DNA of 62,245 nucleotides from Thermoleophilia bacterium (GTDB lineage Bacteria; Actinomycetota; Thermoleophilia; Gaiellales; JAICJC01): the NCBI GenBank assembly GCA_025928655.1, contig JAICJC010000004.1:1-62245 (forward strand). The letters are read 5' to 3'. A program made the translations under genes and the position numbers. Of this stretch, positions 18,385 through 27,059 are shown one piece after another; position 1 is the first letter of the stretch; each line of letters opens with the position of its first letter. The notes below the pieces were generated by a model. That model saw nothing but the letters and a program-made list of their open reading frames with translations, was not told the DNA's origin and searched no databases.

Positions 18385-19743
18385 CTAGTCCTTGAACGGG
18401 TCGACGATGTTCGCGCCCGCCATCAGGACGACGACGGGAAGCAGGCGATGCGCGACCTTGATCGTGCCCGTCGCCTCGTGGGCACGGACGACGTCGTCGA
18501 GCTTGCGGTAGACGAACGGCGACTCGTCGACGTCGCCGCCCCGCACCTCGAGCGGGTAGCCGGTCTGGGCGCGGAACTCGTTCAGGCGCTCCGCCATCAT
18601 CTGGCGCGTGATCAGGCCCTTGCGAGTCCCCTTCCGGTTGCCCTTCGCCTTCGAGCGGCTCATCACCCGGCCGGCGCCGTGCACCGTCGAGCGGAGCGAG
18701 CGCCGGGCGAGCTCGGAGTCGACGCCCTCGACGACGACGGCCCAGTCGCCCATCGAGCCGCCGATGAACCCGGTCTGGCCGGGGAACGCGGGCGTCGCCC
18801 CCTTGCGCACGACGCGCACGAGCTCGTCGCCGTGGGTCTCGGTGAACGAGTAGTTGTGATGGTTGTGGACCGTCTCGAGGGCGGTGGTGCCGAGCAGCGA
18901 GAGCACCTCGGCGATCACGTGCTCGCGCCCGGCGTAGGCGTACTCGCCGGCGAGCTGCATCGCCCGCTCGTAGCGACGGCCGATCTCCGCCCGGGCCTCG
19001 GCGTCCTGCGGCCGCGCGCCCAGCTCCTGCGCCGCGTCCGTCGTCAGCGGGAGCAGCGACGGCGCCGCGTGCATCGACTCGCCGCCGGGCATCCGCGAGA
19101 AGAACGCCCGGTGCGCGGCCAGGTTCAGGAACCCCGTCGCGACGCCGTGCCCGAAGCCCCGGCTGCCGAAGTGGCATGCCGCCCAGACGGACCCGTCGTC
19201 GGGCTCGACCAGCAGGTCGACGTAGTGGTTGCCGCTCCCGACCGTCCCCAGCTGCGCCTCGGCGCGGGCGCGCAGCGACCAGCTGCGCTTCCGGCCCGCG
19301 ACGGTCTGGGTCAGCTCGGGGACCTCGCCCCAGATCGGCGAGTCGAACAGCTCGTGGTCGACGGGCGTCTCGTTCTTGCGGCCGATGCCGAAGCTGATCC
19401 GGGTACCGATCTCGTCCGCCAGCCGGCCCAGGTCGGGACGGATGTCTTCGAGGGAGAGACGCGTGCGCACCGCCATCACCCCGCAGCCGATGTCGTAGCC
19501 GACGCCGCTCGGCGACACCATGTCGCGGTAGGCGGCGACGCCGCCGATAGGCATCGAGTAGCCGACGTGGTTGTCGGCCATGAGCGCCGCGTCGCTGACC
19601 CAGCCGTGGCCCGCCACCGTCCTGATCTGGGAGACGGCCATGACGTCGTAGCTGTAGCCGAACACCCGGATCCGGCCGCCGTCGAACTCACGGTAAGGCT
19701 CGCTCTCGCGAACCGTCGTTGCGTCGTCGGGGAATCGGGTCAT
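18385..19743 (-). CDS. rtcB: RtcB RNA ligase (canonical motifs)
   Basis: ADNHVGYSMPIGG, GYDIGCG, GTVGSGNHY, HFGSRG, HHN, RKGATPA, GGSMG, HGAGR, DESPFVYR. Confidence 0.93.
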   Translation of the reverse strand: MTRFPDDATTVRESEPYREFDGGRIRVFGYSYDVMAVSQIRTVAGHGWVSDAALMADNHVGYSMPIGGVAAYRDMVSPSGVGYDIGCGVMAVRTRLSLEDIRPDLGRLADEIGTRISFGIGRKNETPVDHELFDSPIWGEVPELTQTVAGRKRSWSLRARAEAQLGTVGSGNHYVDLLVEPDDGSVWAACHFGSRGFGHGVATGFLNLAAHRAFFSRMPGGESMHAAPSLLPLTTDAAQELGARPQDAEARAEIGRRYERAMQLAGEYAYAGREHVIAEVLSLLGTTALETVHNHHNYSFTETHGDELVRVVRKGATPAFPGQTGFIGGSMGDWAVVVEGVDSELARRSLRSTVHGAGRVMSRSKAKGNRKGTRKGLITRQMMAERLNEFRAQTGYPLEVRGGDVDESPFVYRKLDDVVRAHEATGTIKVAHRLLPVVVLMAGANIVDPFKD

Positions 19744-19774
19744 GTCGTCATCTCTCTGGGTGTGGATGGAGTGA

Positions 19775-19845
19775 TAGCTCCACGGAGAGTCGAACTCCGG
19801 TTTCCAGGTTGAGAGCCTGGCGGCCTGCCGTTAGCCGATGGAGCC
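19775..19845 (-). tRNA. tRNA-Glu(CTC), no encoded CCA
   Basis: Cloverleaf: acceptor GGCTCCA/TGGAGCT, anticodon arm CCAGG-CTCTCAA-CCTGG, T arm CGGAG-TTCGACT-CTCCG. Confidence 0.88.
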
Positions 19846-19870
19846 GCGAAGGTCGCCCGCGACTCCCGAG

Positions 19871-19942
19871 CGCCCCGTGACGGAAGTCGAACCGTCGTCT
19901 CCTCGCAGACAACGAGGTGTCCTGCCATTGAACGAACGGGGC
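19871..19942 (-). tRNA. tRNA-Asp(GTC)-like, atypical, no encoded CCA
   Basis: Acceptor GCCCCGT/ACGGGGC, D arm GTTC..GGAC, anticodon arm CCTCG-TTGTCTG-CGAGG (T at position 37), T arm GACGG-TTCGACTT-CCGTC (8-nt loop). Confidence 0.78.
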
Positions 19943-19972
19943 TCTGGAGGGCGGGTCGTGCGGCGGGCCACG

Positions 19973-20000
19973 AAAAAGGGCGTCCCGCTGGGCCGCCCTC
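19973..20000 (-). terminator. Attenuator terminator 2
   Basis: GAGGGCGGCCC-AGC-GGGACGCCCTT followed by TTT. Confidence 0.8.
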
Positions 20001-20038
20001 AACTCGAACAGTTCGGTGTCGTCGCCGGTGTCGTTACG

Positions 20039-20197
20039 TCAGCGAGCCCGCGGAGCCGGGTTGAGGGAAGCGTCCGTCGGCAGGCATCGCCGACGGCGTG
20101 GTGTATCGACGGCATGCGGCTGCACGTCGTTACACAACGATTCAGCACCGGCGAGGCGCAGCCTCGCCTGTATGTACTCGGTTTCGATCTGTTTCAC
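20039..20197 (-). CDS. Putative leader peptide uORF2 (52 aa, MKQIETEYIQARLRL...PRRRRC...APRAR)
   Basis: AGGAG RBS 8 nt before GTG; its 3' end carries CCCTCAAC, complementary to the 5' arm of terminator 2. Confidence 0.65.
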   Translation of the reverse strand: MKQIETEYIQARLRLAGAESLCNDVQPHAVDTPRRRRCLPTDASLNPAPRAR

Positions 20198-20211
20198 GTA
20201 CGGTACTCCTG

Positions 20212-20250
20212 AAACGACGAAGGGCGGCCCGGTATTCCCGGGTCGCCCTC
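20212..20250 (-). terminator. Attenuator terminator 1
   Basis: GAGGGCGACCCGG-GAATA-CCGGGCCGCCCTT followed by a weak U tail; stem homologous to terminator 2. Confidence 0.7.
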
Positions 20251-20274
20251 GGCCAGAACCGTATGTTGAGCGGT

Positions 20275-20391
20275 CTAGCTGAGGACGATCCGATCCTTCC
20301 GATCGAGCTGCATCGGGTACGGTGCATGCGTCGACGCGGCCGGTACGAGGCCGGGTTCGGGCATCCACACGGTTGTGATCTGACTGATCAT
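20275..20391 (-). CDS. Putative leaderless leader peptide uORF1 (38 aa, MISQITTVWM...DRKDRIVLS)
   Basis: ATG 7 nt after the -10 box; last 18 nt pair 16/18 with the 5' arm of terminator 1. Confidence 0.65.
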   Translation of the reverse strand: MISQITTVWMPEPGLVPAASTHAPYPMQLDRKDRIVLS

Positions 20392-20398
20392 CGTTACT

Positions 20399-20427
20399 AC
20401 CATAGCGCGTGACGCGGCAAAGTACAA
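20399..20427 (-). promoter_or_regulatory. Sigma70-type promoter TTGTAC-N17-TATGGT
   Basis: -35 at 20427-20422 and -10 at 20404-20399, pointing to uORF1, the tRNAs and rtcB. Confidence 0.7.
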
Positions 20428-20464
20428 CCCGCTTTGGTGAATTCGTAGCGTAAGTGTCCGCAGG

Positions 20465-21553
20465 CTACGCCAGCGACCGCTCGACGAGCCGCTGGAAATG
20501 CTGGATGAGGTGCTCGCTCGCGAGCATGAGGCGGCCCTCCGCCAGGCCGCCGGACGTGGCCGCCCGCTGGATGGACTCGACCAGCGCCTGGTCCTCGTCG
20601 AACACCTGGCCCCCGAACTCGTCCAGGGCGGCGATCTCCTCCTCGGACACCTCGTCGCCGTAAAAGCTGTCGGACACGGCGAGCGTCCGGTCGGGGGCGA
20701 GCGGGATGAAGTAGAAGGCCGACAGGTTGGGGGCACCGGGGAACACGTTGATCGTGAACGTGGGCCAGAGCCAGTGGAAGTGCGCCTCGGCGACGGGACC
20801 GACCGGGTTGTACGGCAGGCCGCCGTTCTCGCTCTCGGCGCCCACCCGCGTGCGCGACACCTGGCTCGAGAACCACTCGTCGGCCGTCAGCGCGTAGGTC
20901 TCCGGGCTGACGTCGATCACCCGCGAGAAGCTCGGATGGGCGGTCGGGCAGTGGTAGCACTCGAGATAGTTCTCGACGACCGCCTTCCAGTTCGCCGCGA
21001 TCTCGCTCTCCGCGTGATCGCGGAACCGCATCCTGCCGAGGTCGACGCCGGCGTCGGCCACGATCTGCGGCAGCCCGCCGAGGTAGCGGGCCAGCGGCTG
21101 GGCGTCGAGGTTCCGGTTGACGAAGACGAACGGGCCCCACGTGTCGACGGCGACGGGCACGAGGCCGAACTCCGCCCGGTCGAACCCCGGCTCGAGCTCG
21201 CTGCGCGGCGCCGAGCGCAGGCAGCCGTCCAGCCCGTACGTCCAGGCGTGGTAGGGGCACTGGAGCGACATCCGCCTCCCCCGGCCCTCGGCCACCTCGG
21301 TGGCGCGGTGCCGGCAGATGTTGACGAAGGCGTTCAGGTTCCCGTCCTCGTCACGGACGACCACGATCGGCACCAGGCCGGCCCGGGTGGTGAAGAACTG
21401 GCCCGGCTCGCTGACCCAGTCGAGCACGCCGGCGTAGAGCCAGCTGTCGGCGAACACCCGCCGCTGCTCGAGCCGGAAGACCCCGGGGTCGCAGAACCAG
21501 TCGAACGGGAGGGTGATTCCCCGGTCGAGCCGGGAACCGAGTTCCGTGGCCAT
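20465..21553 (-). CDS. Rieske non-heme iron oxygenase alpha subunit (choline monooxygenase-like)
   Basis: NICRHR...CPYHAWTY, NWKAVVENYLECYHCPTAH, EDQ. Confidence 0.9.
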   Translation of the reverse strand: MATELGSRLDRGITLPFDWFCDPGVFRLEQRRVFADSWLYAGVLDWVSEPGQFFTTRAGLVPIVVVRDEDGNLNAFVNICRHRATEVAEGRGRRMSLQCPYHAWTYGLDGCLRSAPRSELEPGFDRAEFGLVPVAVDTWGPFVFVNRNLDAQPLARYLGGLPQIVADAGVDLGRMRFRDHAESEIAANWKAVVENYLECYHCPTAHPSFSRVIDVSPETYALTADEWFSSQVSRTRVGAESENGGLPYNPVGPVAEAHFHWLWPTFTINVFPGAPNLSAFYFIPLAPDRTLAVSDSFYGDEVSEEEIAALDEFGGQVFDEDQALVESIQRAATSGGLAEGRLMLASEHLIQHFQRLVERSLA

Positions 21554-21630
21554 GCGCCGATCGTACACGCACGCCGCAGGTGGGCGGCCGCTGAGGGGTA
21601 GGGCGGCCGCCCACCGGGCGGGCTCCGTCG

Positions 21631-23913
21631 TCAGTCGGCGACGGGTACCGGCTCGCCGGTCGTGACCGGCGGGCGATCGGGCCGGCGCTCCTCGGGCGGC
21701 TCGATCGTGATGTTGGGCAGAGCCCGATCGAGCCAGCGCGGGATCGTCCACGAGCGGTCGCCGAGCAGCGACAGCAGCGCGGGCACGAGCGTCAGCCGGA
21801 TGATCAGGGCGTCGGTCAGGATCGCGACGCCCAGCAGCAGACCGAACTCCTTCGAGACCCGGTCAGGGTTGAGCAGGAAGGCGAAGAACACCGCCGACAT
21901 GATCAGCGCCGCGGCCACGATCACGCGGCCGACGCCGGCCATGCCGTCCCGCACGGACTGGAACGTGCTGCTGCCGTGGACGCGCTCCTCGCGGATGCGG
22001 CTCATGAGGAACACCTCGTAGTCCATCGACAGGCCGAACAGGATCGCGAACGCGATCGGGGGCACGAAGCTCTCGATCGGGCCGGTGCGATCCAGGCCGA
22101 TGACGCCCATGCCGTGACCCAGCTGGATCACGAACGTCAGCACCGCGAACCCGACCACCGCCGAGGCGAGGGTCGTGACGGCGGCCTTGACGGCGACCAC
22201 GAGCGAACGGAACGCCATCGCCATCACGATGAAGGTGATGCCGACGATGTAGAGCAGGAACCACGGCGCCCGGTCGACGATCCGGTTGCCGATGTCCGTG
22301 AACGCCGCGTTCGACCCCGACACGTAGGCGTGCGCCGACGAGCCCTCGAGGGCGTTCGGGATCACGGTGCTGCGCAGCGTCGAGACGATGTCGTCGGTGT
22401 GCGAGTCCTGCGGCTTGTACTTCGAGTAGGTGTCGACGATCGCCACGGACGCCTTGTCGGGCGACTTGGCGTTGTAGATCGGGGGCACCACCTCGGCGAT
22501 GCCCGGCACGCGCTTGAAGGCCGCGTCGAGCTTCGCCGCCGCGTCATGGTCGGATTGCAGGTCGACCACCACCGGGATCGGCTCGGTGAACCCGGGGCCG
22601 AAGCCGGCCGACAGGAGGTCGTACGCCTGCCGGGTGGTCTGGCTCTTCGGCGCGGTGCCGGCGTCGGCCAGGCCGAGCCGGGCCTTCACCACCGGTGAGG
22701 CGACGGCCAGCAGGATCACGACGGCGACCGGGAGGACGTACTTCGCCCGGCCGGAGACGAACCGGCCCCATGCGGCGACCGGGGTCTTCGCCTGGCCGGC
22801 GCGGGAGTCGTCGGAGCCGCGCATGCCGAGCCGGCCACGGTCGATCCTGTGGCCGAGCAGCGCCAGCACCGCCGGCAGCAGCGACTGCGCCAGGAGCACG
22901 GCCGTCAGCACGCCGAGCGCGCTTCCGAGACCGAGCTTCGTGATGAAGTCGATGCCGATGAACGCGAGGCCCGTGATCGAGATCGCCACCGTCGTGCCTG
23001 CGAACAGGACGGCACGGCCGGCGGTCGCACCCGCCGCGGCGGCGGCATCCTGGGGCGACAGCCCGTCGTGCAGGTACTGCCGGAACCTGGTCACGATGAA
23101 GAGCGTGTAGTCGATGCCGACCCCGAGGCCGATCATCGGCACCAGGATCTCGGTCACGGTGTTGAAGTTGGTGAACCGCGCCGCCAGGTACAGGAGCATG
23201 AACGCCCCGGCCACCGCGGTTATCGCGAAGAGCAGCGGGATCGCGGTCGGGACGAGCGCCCGGAACAGGATCATCAGGACGATGAACGCGGCGATCAGGC
23301 CGATGATCTCGCTGCCGCTGCTCGAGACGTCGCCCTGCTCGGCCTCGCCGGTGAACTGGACGTCGATGCCGGCCTTCTCGCCGATCGTCCGCATCTGGTT
23401 CTCGACGTCGACGATGTCGGAGCGGTGGATCTTGAAGCTCTCCTGGTCGTACTGCACGTCGAAGAACGCGATCCGCCCGTCCTTCGAGAGCTGATGCGAG
23501 CTCCCCTTGAGCGGGTCGGTGATGGCGCTGATGTCCTTCGCCGTCTGGTCGATCGAGTGCTGCGAGGCGGTGCCGGCGGCGAGCATCCGGTTCACGGCCG
23601 CCGAGCGGTCGGGCGAGTCCAGGCTCTGGCCGTGCGGTGCCGCGACCACGACCCGCAGCGCGGCGCCCTTCTGGCCGCCGAACTTGGCGTTGACCAGGTC
23701 GGTCGCCTTCTGGACGTCCGACCCGGGGAGCTTGAACTCGTCCACGAGCTTGCCGTGGAAGGCGCCGTTCAGGCCGCCGAGCACGACGAAGATCGCGAGC
23801 CAGGCCGCGATCACCCGCCACGGATGGCGGGCGAAGCGGCCGTACATGCGGGCGAGGCTGCCGGTGTGCGCGACGCGCCGGCCCGCGTTGGTATCTGAGT
23901 CGAAGGATGACAT
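21631..23913 (-). CDS. MMPL family transporter
   Basis: GLGVGIDYTLFIVTRFR, FGLSMDYEVFLMSRIREE; GAAGGAGG RBS. Confidence 0.92.
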   Translation of the reverse strand: MSSFDSDTNAGRRVAHTGSLARMYGRFARHPWRVIAAWLAIFVVLGGLNGAFHGKLVDEFKLPGSDVQKATDLVNAKFGGQKGAALRVVVAAPHGQSLDSPDRSAAVNRMLAAGTASQHSIDQTAKDISAITDPLKGSSHQLSKDGRIAFFDVQYDQESFKIHRSDIVDVENQMRTIGEKAGIDVQFTGEAEQGDVSSSGSEIIGLIAAFIVLMILFRALVPTAIPLLFAITAVAGAFMLLYLAARFTNFNTVTEILVPMIGLGVGIDYTLFIVTRFRQYLHDGLSPQDAAAAAGATAGRAVLFAGTTVAISITGLAFIGIDFITKLGLGSALGVLTAVLLAQSLLPAVLALLGHRIDRGRLGMRGSDDSRAGQAKTPVAAWGRFVSGRAKYVLPVAVVILLAVASPVVKARLGLADAGTAPKSQTTRQAYDLLSAGFGPGFTEPIPVVVDLQSDHDAAAKLDAAFKRVPGIAEVVPPIYNAKSPDKASVAIVDTYSKYKPQDSHTDDIVSTLRSTVIPNALEGSSAHAYVSGSNAAFTDIGNRIVDRAPWFLLYIVGITFIVMAMAFRSLVVAVKAAVTTLASAVVGFAVLTFVIQLGHGMGVIGLDRTGPIESFVPPIAFAILFGLSMDYEVFLMSRIREERVHGSSTFQSVRDGMAGVGRVIVAAALIMSAVFFAFLLNPDRVSKEFGLLLGVAILTDALIIRLTLVPALLSLLGDRSWTIPRWLDRALPNITIEPPEERRPDRPPVTTGEPVPVAD

Positions 23914-24050
23914 GGCCCCTCCTTCAGGAATCGAAAACAGGCGTCTGCGAGAGCAGAGGCTCATAGGGTGCGCGATGCGGAGCCGGGACGCAGTGGGGGT
24001 GGCCGGTGGCCGAGGTGGGGATATCCGTACCTCCGCGCTATACCGAGGCG

Positions 24051-25049
24051 ATGGAGGACGAACGCGACCGCGCGCTGGCGGCGATCGTCGCCAACGTCCC
24101 CGGGGCCATCTACCAGTGCGCGCTCGACCCGGACTGGACGATGGCGGTGATCAGCGACGAGATCGAGCGGATCTCCGGCTACCCGGCGGCCGACTTCATC
24201 GGCAGCGCGCGCCGCACCTACGGGAGCATCATCCATCCCGCAGATCGCGGAGAGGTCGACCGCGCGGTTCGGGACGCCACCTCCGCCGACCGGCCGTTCG
24301 CGCTCGAGTACCGCATCGTCCGCGCGGATGGGAAGACGGCGTGGGTGCTCGAGCGCGGCCGGCAGGTGGACGGGGCCGGCGGCGCGTGCCTCCACGGCGT
24401 CATCTTCGACGTCACCGAGCGCAAGGAGCTCCGGGCCCAGCGGGCGCGGATCATCGCCGCGCAGGACGAGACGCGCCGCCAGATCGGGCGTGATCTCCAC
24501 GACGGCGCGCAGCAGCGGCTGATGACCGTCGCGTTGACGTTGCGGTCGATCAAGGGGAAGCTGGCCGGGGACCCCGAGGCGGCGTCCGCCCGGGCGGACG
24601 AGGCGATCGCCGAGCTGGCCGGCGCCACCGCGGAGCTGCGCGAGCTCGCGCGCGGCATCCACCCGCCCGTGCTGACCGAGCACGGCCTGCCGACGGCGGT
24701 GGGGGCGCTCGCTGCCCGGGCGCCGCTCCCGGTGGACGTGGATTCCACCCTGGCCGAGCGGCTCCCGCCGGCGGTCGAGATCGCCGCCTACTACGTCGTC
24801 TCCGAGTCGCTCACGAACATCGCCCGGCACGCCCGGGCGACGCGTGCGCGGGTGCGGCTCTCACGCTCCGGCGAGACGCTGGTCGTGCAGGTGGCCGACG
24901 ACGGGGTCGGCGGCGCCGATCCCGGGGGCGGTTCCGGGCTGCGTGGGCTGCGCGACCGGATCGACGCCCTGGACGGCTCGATCGCCGTGTCCAGCACGGC
25001 CGGCCAGGGCACGGCCGTCGAGGTGCGGATCCCGCTCGCGCCTCAGTGA
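24051..25049 (+). CDS. PAS sensor histidine kinase (HisKA_3)
   Basis: PAS_3 region, RDLHDGAQQRL, ESLTNIARH, DDGVGG, GSGLRGL. Confidence 0.9.
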   Translation: MEDERDRALAAIVANVPGAIYQCALDPDWTMAVISDEIERISGYPAADFIGSARRTYGSIIHPADRGEVDRAVRDATSADRPFALEYRIVRADGKTAWVLERGRQVDGAGGACLHGVIFDVTERKELRAQRARIIAAQDETRRQIGRDLHDGAQQRLMTVALTLRSIKGKLAGDPEAASARADEAIAELAGATAELRELARGIHPPVLTEHGLPTAVGALAARAPLPVDVDSTLAERLPPAVEIAAYYVVSESLTNIARHARATRARVRLSRSGETLVVQVADDGVGGADPGGGSGLRGLRDRIDALDGSIAVSSTAGQGTAVEVRIPLAPQ

Positions 25050-25138
25050 ACGACGAACCGGCCCGTAGTAGGCGCGGTACATGTGCGGGTGCGGCGACCC
25101 GAACAGATGTGGGATTCAGCCGCGATCCGCCGGCGCCG

Positions 25139-25999
25139 TCAGCGCGGTCTGAGGATCTGCGCCGCCTGGTTCACCGGGTCGCCGTCGAGCAGCTCGGCGC
25201 CGATCGCCGCCGCGAGCCGCTCGGTCGCGCCCGCCCCGGCGAGAGCGAGCCGCGTCGCGCCGGCGAGCTCACCCAGCTCTGACCGGACGCGCGAGAGCCG
25301 CTCGGGGGTGGTGGCGGTGACGACGACGAGCCCGGGGCGCAGCCCGTCCGCCGTCCGCAGCAGCGTGTCGACGGGCGTGTCGGCGCCGAGGAACGCGACC
25401 CGCCAGGCGCGGGCCCGCAGCGCGAGCCCGAAGCAGATCAGCCCCAGATCGTGAAGCTCGCCGGGGGCGCAGGCGAGCACCGCCAGCGGGCCGCCGCCCT
25501 GGCCCCAGTCACGGGCGAGACCGAGCAGCCGACCGCGGATGACGTTGCTTGCGAAGTGCTCCTGGGCGACGCTCGCCAGGCCGGCGCTCCAGCGGTCTCC
25601 CAGATCGGCGAGATACTCGAGCAAGACATCCTGCAGGAGGGTGTCCAGGGTGACCGCCGCGAGCGCGTGGTCGAACGCGCGGTTGGCCGCGGCTTCGTCG
25701 AAGCGGTCGAGTGCGTCGGCCAGCGCCCGCCGGAGCCCCTCCGCCGACACGGCGGCGGGGGCAGCGCCGTCGGCGGCCGCGGCCGCCCGGGCGGCGACCG
25801 ACGGCGAAAGGCCCTCCTGCTGCAGCGCGAGCATGCGCCGAACGCGCTCCTCGTCGCCGGCCGAGTACAGCCGGAACCCGCCCTCGGAACGGGTGGGGCG
25901 CAGGACGCCGTAGCGGCGCTCCCAGGCACGCAGCACCTCCGGGCTGACGCCGACCCGGCGGCTCAGCTCGCCGATGCGCAGTGTTCCTTCCTCGGACAT
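25139..25999 (-). CDS. MerR-family regulator with B12-binding domain (CarH/LitR-like)
   Basis: MerR HTH LRAWERRYG, W-x9-EH (WSAGLASVAQEH), ELHDLG, FLGADTP. Confidence 0.88.
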   Translation of the reverse strand: MSEEGTLRIGELSRRVGVSPEVLRAWERRYGVLRPTRSEGGFRLYSAGDEERVRRMLALQQEGLSPSVAARAAAAADGAAPAAVSAEGLRRALADALDRFDEAAANRAFDHALAAVTLDTLLQDVLLEYLADLGDRWSAGLASVAQEHFASNVIRGRLLGLARDWGQGGGPLAVLACAPGELHDLGLICFGLALRARAWRVAFLGADTPVDTLLRTADGLRPGLVVVTATTPERLSRVRSELGELAGATRLALAGAGATERLAAAIGAELLDGDPVNQAAQILRPR

Positions 26000-26018
26000 C
26001 GCGCCCAGCCTAGCGCGT

Positions 26019-26089
26019 CGAACACACTTTGTACAGAATCTTGACATCGCCGCGTAGAGGTGCTACAAACAATGAACAAAACCTAGACA
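26019..26089. promoter_or_regulatory. CarH-type operator (two triplets of 11-bp-spaced nnnACA repeats) over divergent promoters
   Basis: ACA at 26022/26033/26044 and 26065/26076/26087; TTGACA(26041)-N17-TACAAA on the + strand; TAGGCT -10 of the regulator at 26012-26007. Confidence 0.7.
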
Positions 26090-26107
26090 GAAGGGATCGG
26101 TTCCAAA

Positions 26108-26347
26108 ATGAAGAAGCTCGATATCGCCGCCGCCGCGCTCGTCGTGATCGGCGGCCTGAACTGGGGCCTCGTGGCCGTTGCCAAGTTCGACCTGGTGGCG
26201 TGGATCGCCGGCCTCAGCTTCGGCCAGACCAACGCGGCCAGCCGCGTCGTCTACGGCCTGGTGGGGCTGGCGGCGATCTACCAGATCGTCCAGCAGGCGG
26301 CGATCCGGCGCCGCTGGAGCCGCGACCAGCGGCTGGCCCACGCATGA
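26108..26347 (+). CDS. DUF378 small membrane protein
   Basis: LVVIGGLNWGLV...FDLVA...RVVYGLVGLAA. Confidence 0.88.
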   Translation: MKKLDIAAAALVVIGGLNWGLVAVAKFDLVAWIAGLSFGQTNAASRVVYGLVGLAAIYQIVQQAAIRRRWSRDQRLAHA

Positions 26348-26397
26348 CCGCCGGATCGCGACCGTCACACCGAGACCACATCCGAAAGGAGAATCAC

Positions 26398-27006
26398 ATG
26401 AAGATCCGCACCCGCCGCCTCGTCGCGGCGCTCCTGGCCGCCATGCTGGTCGTCCCCGCGGCCGCGACGGCCACCGCCGGCCCGGCGAACGTCCATCTGA
26501 ACGGCGTCCGCACGGCCCTCACGACCGACCCGGCGACCACCGGCGTGCTCGTGCGGAACGGCGTCCTGCCGCTGCCGGTCGGCCCGGCCACGGTCGCGCC
26601 GCGCTTCGGCTCGGAGGGCCTGTCCCTGCGCTACGGCTTCCCGATCACGGGCGGGCGGGTCAACTCCTCCACCCTGGCCGGCCATATCAACCACTCCGGC
26701 GGGCTGCGGTTCCTGAACGTCGCGAACGGGCACACGCTCACCCTGACCGCGTTCCGCATCCGCATCTCCGACCATCCGGGGCTGACCGCCGAGGTCAACC
26801 GCGACCCGTCGGTGCGCATGCGCATCCTCAACCTCGACCTGGGTCACGCCAGGATCGCCATGCACCCGCCGATGGTGCGAGTGTCGAACGTGAAGGCGAC
26901 GCTGACCCGGACCGCCGCCTCTGCGCTGAACGACGCGCTCGGCGTCTCGTTCTTCTCGAAGGGCATCACGCTCGGCACCGCCCAGGTGAAGGCCCACATC
27001 GGCTGA
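26398..27006 (+). CDS. Secreted protein, possibly HtaA-like
   Basis: AAGGAG RBS, signal peptide, FPITGG...GHINHSGGLRF. Confidence 0.65.
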   Translation: MKIRTRRLVAALLAAMLVVPAAATATAGPANVHLNGVRTALTTDPATTGVLVRNGVLPLPVGPATVAPRFGSEGLSLRYGFPITGGRVNSSTLAGHINHSGGLRFLNVANGHTLTLTAFRIRISDHPGLTAEVNRDPSVRMRILNLDLGHARIAMHPPMVRVSNVKATLTRTAASALNDALGVSFFSKGITLGTAQVKAHIG

Positions 27007-27012
27007 TGTGCG

Positions 27013-27044
27013 TGTGGGGGAGCCCCGTCGCGGGCTCCCCCACA
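27013..27044 (+). terminator. Perfect 13-bp GC hairpin (intra-operon)
   Basis: TGTGGGGGAGCCC-6nt-GGGCTCCCCCACA; no U tract. Confidence 0.55.
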
Positions 27045-27059
27045 GCAGCCGCCACTCGC

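Noticed and set aside
17252-19177. 641-aa RtcB-amidohydrolase fusion
   Set aside because: The N-terminal part is off-frame to rtcB; the amidohydrolase has its own -10 box and GTG at 18343
19775-19942. Y RNA / Ro60 system
   Set aside because: Both RNAs form ordinary cloverleaves with 7-bp acceptor stems, and no Ro60/TROVE gene is in the window; not fully excluded without a covariance-model search
19775-19942. tRNA used as a prophage or island attachment site
   Set aside because: No integrase and no duplicated tRNA 3' end were seen in the window
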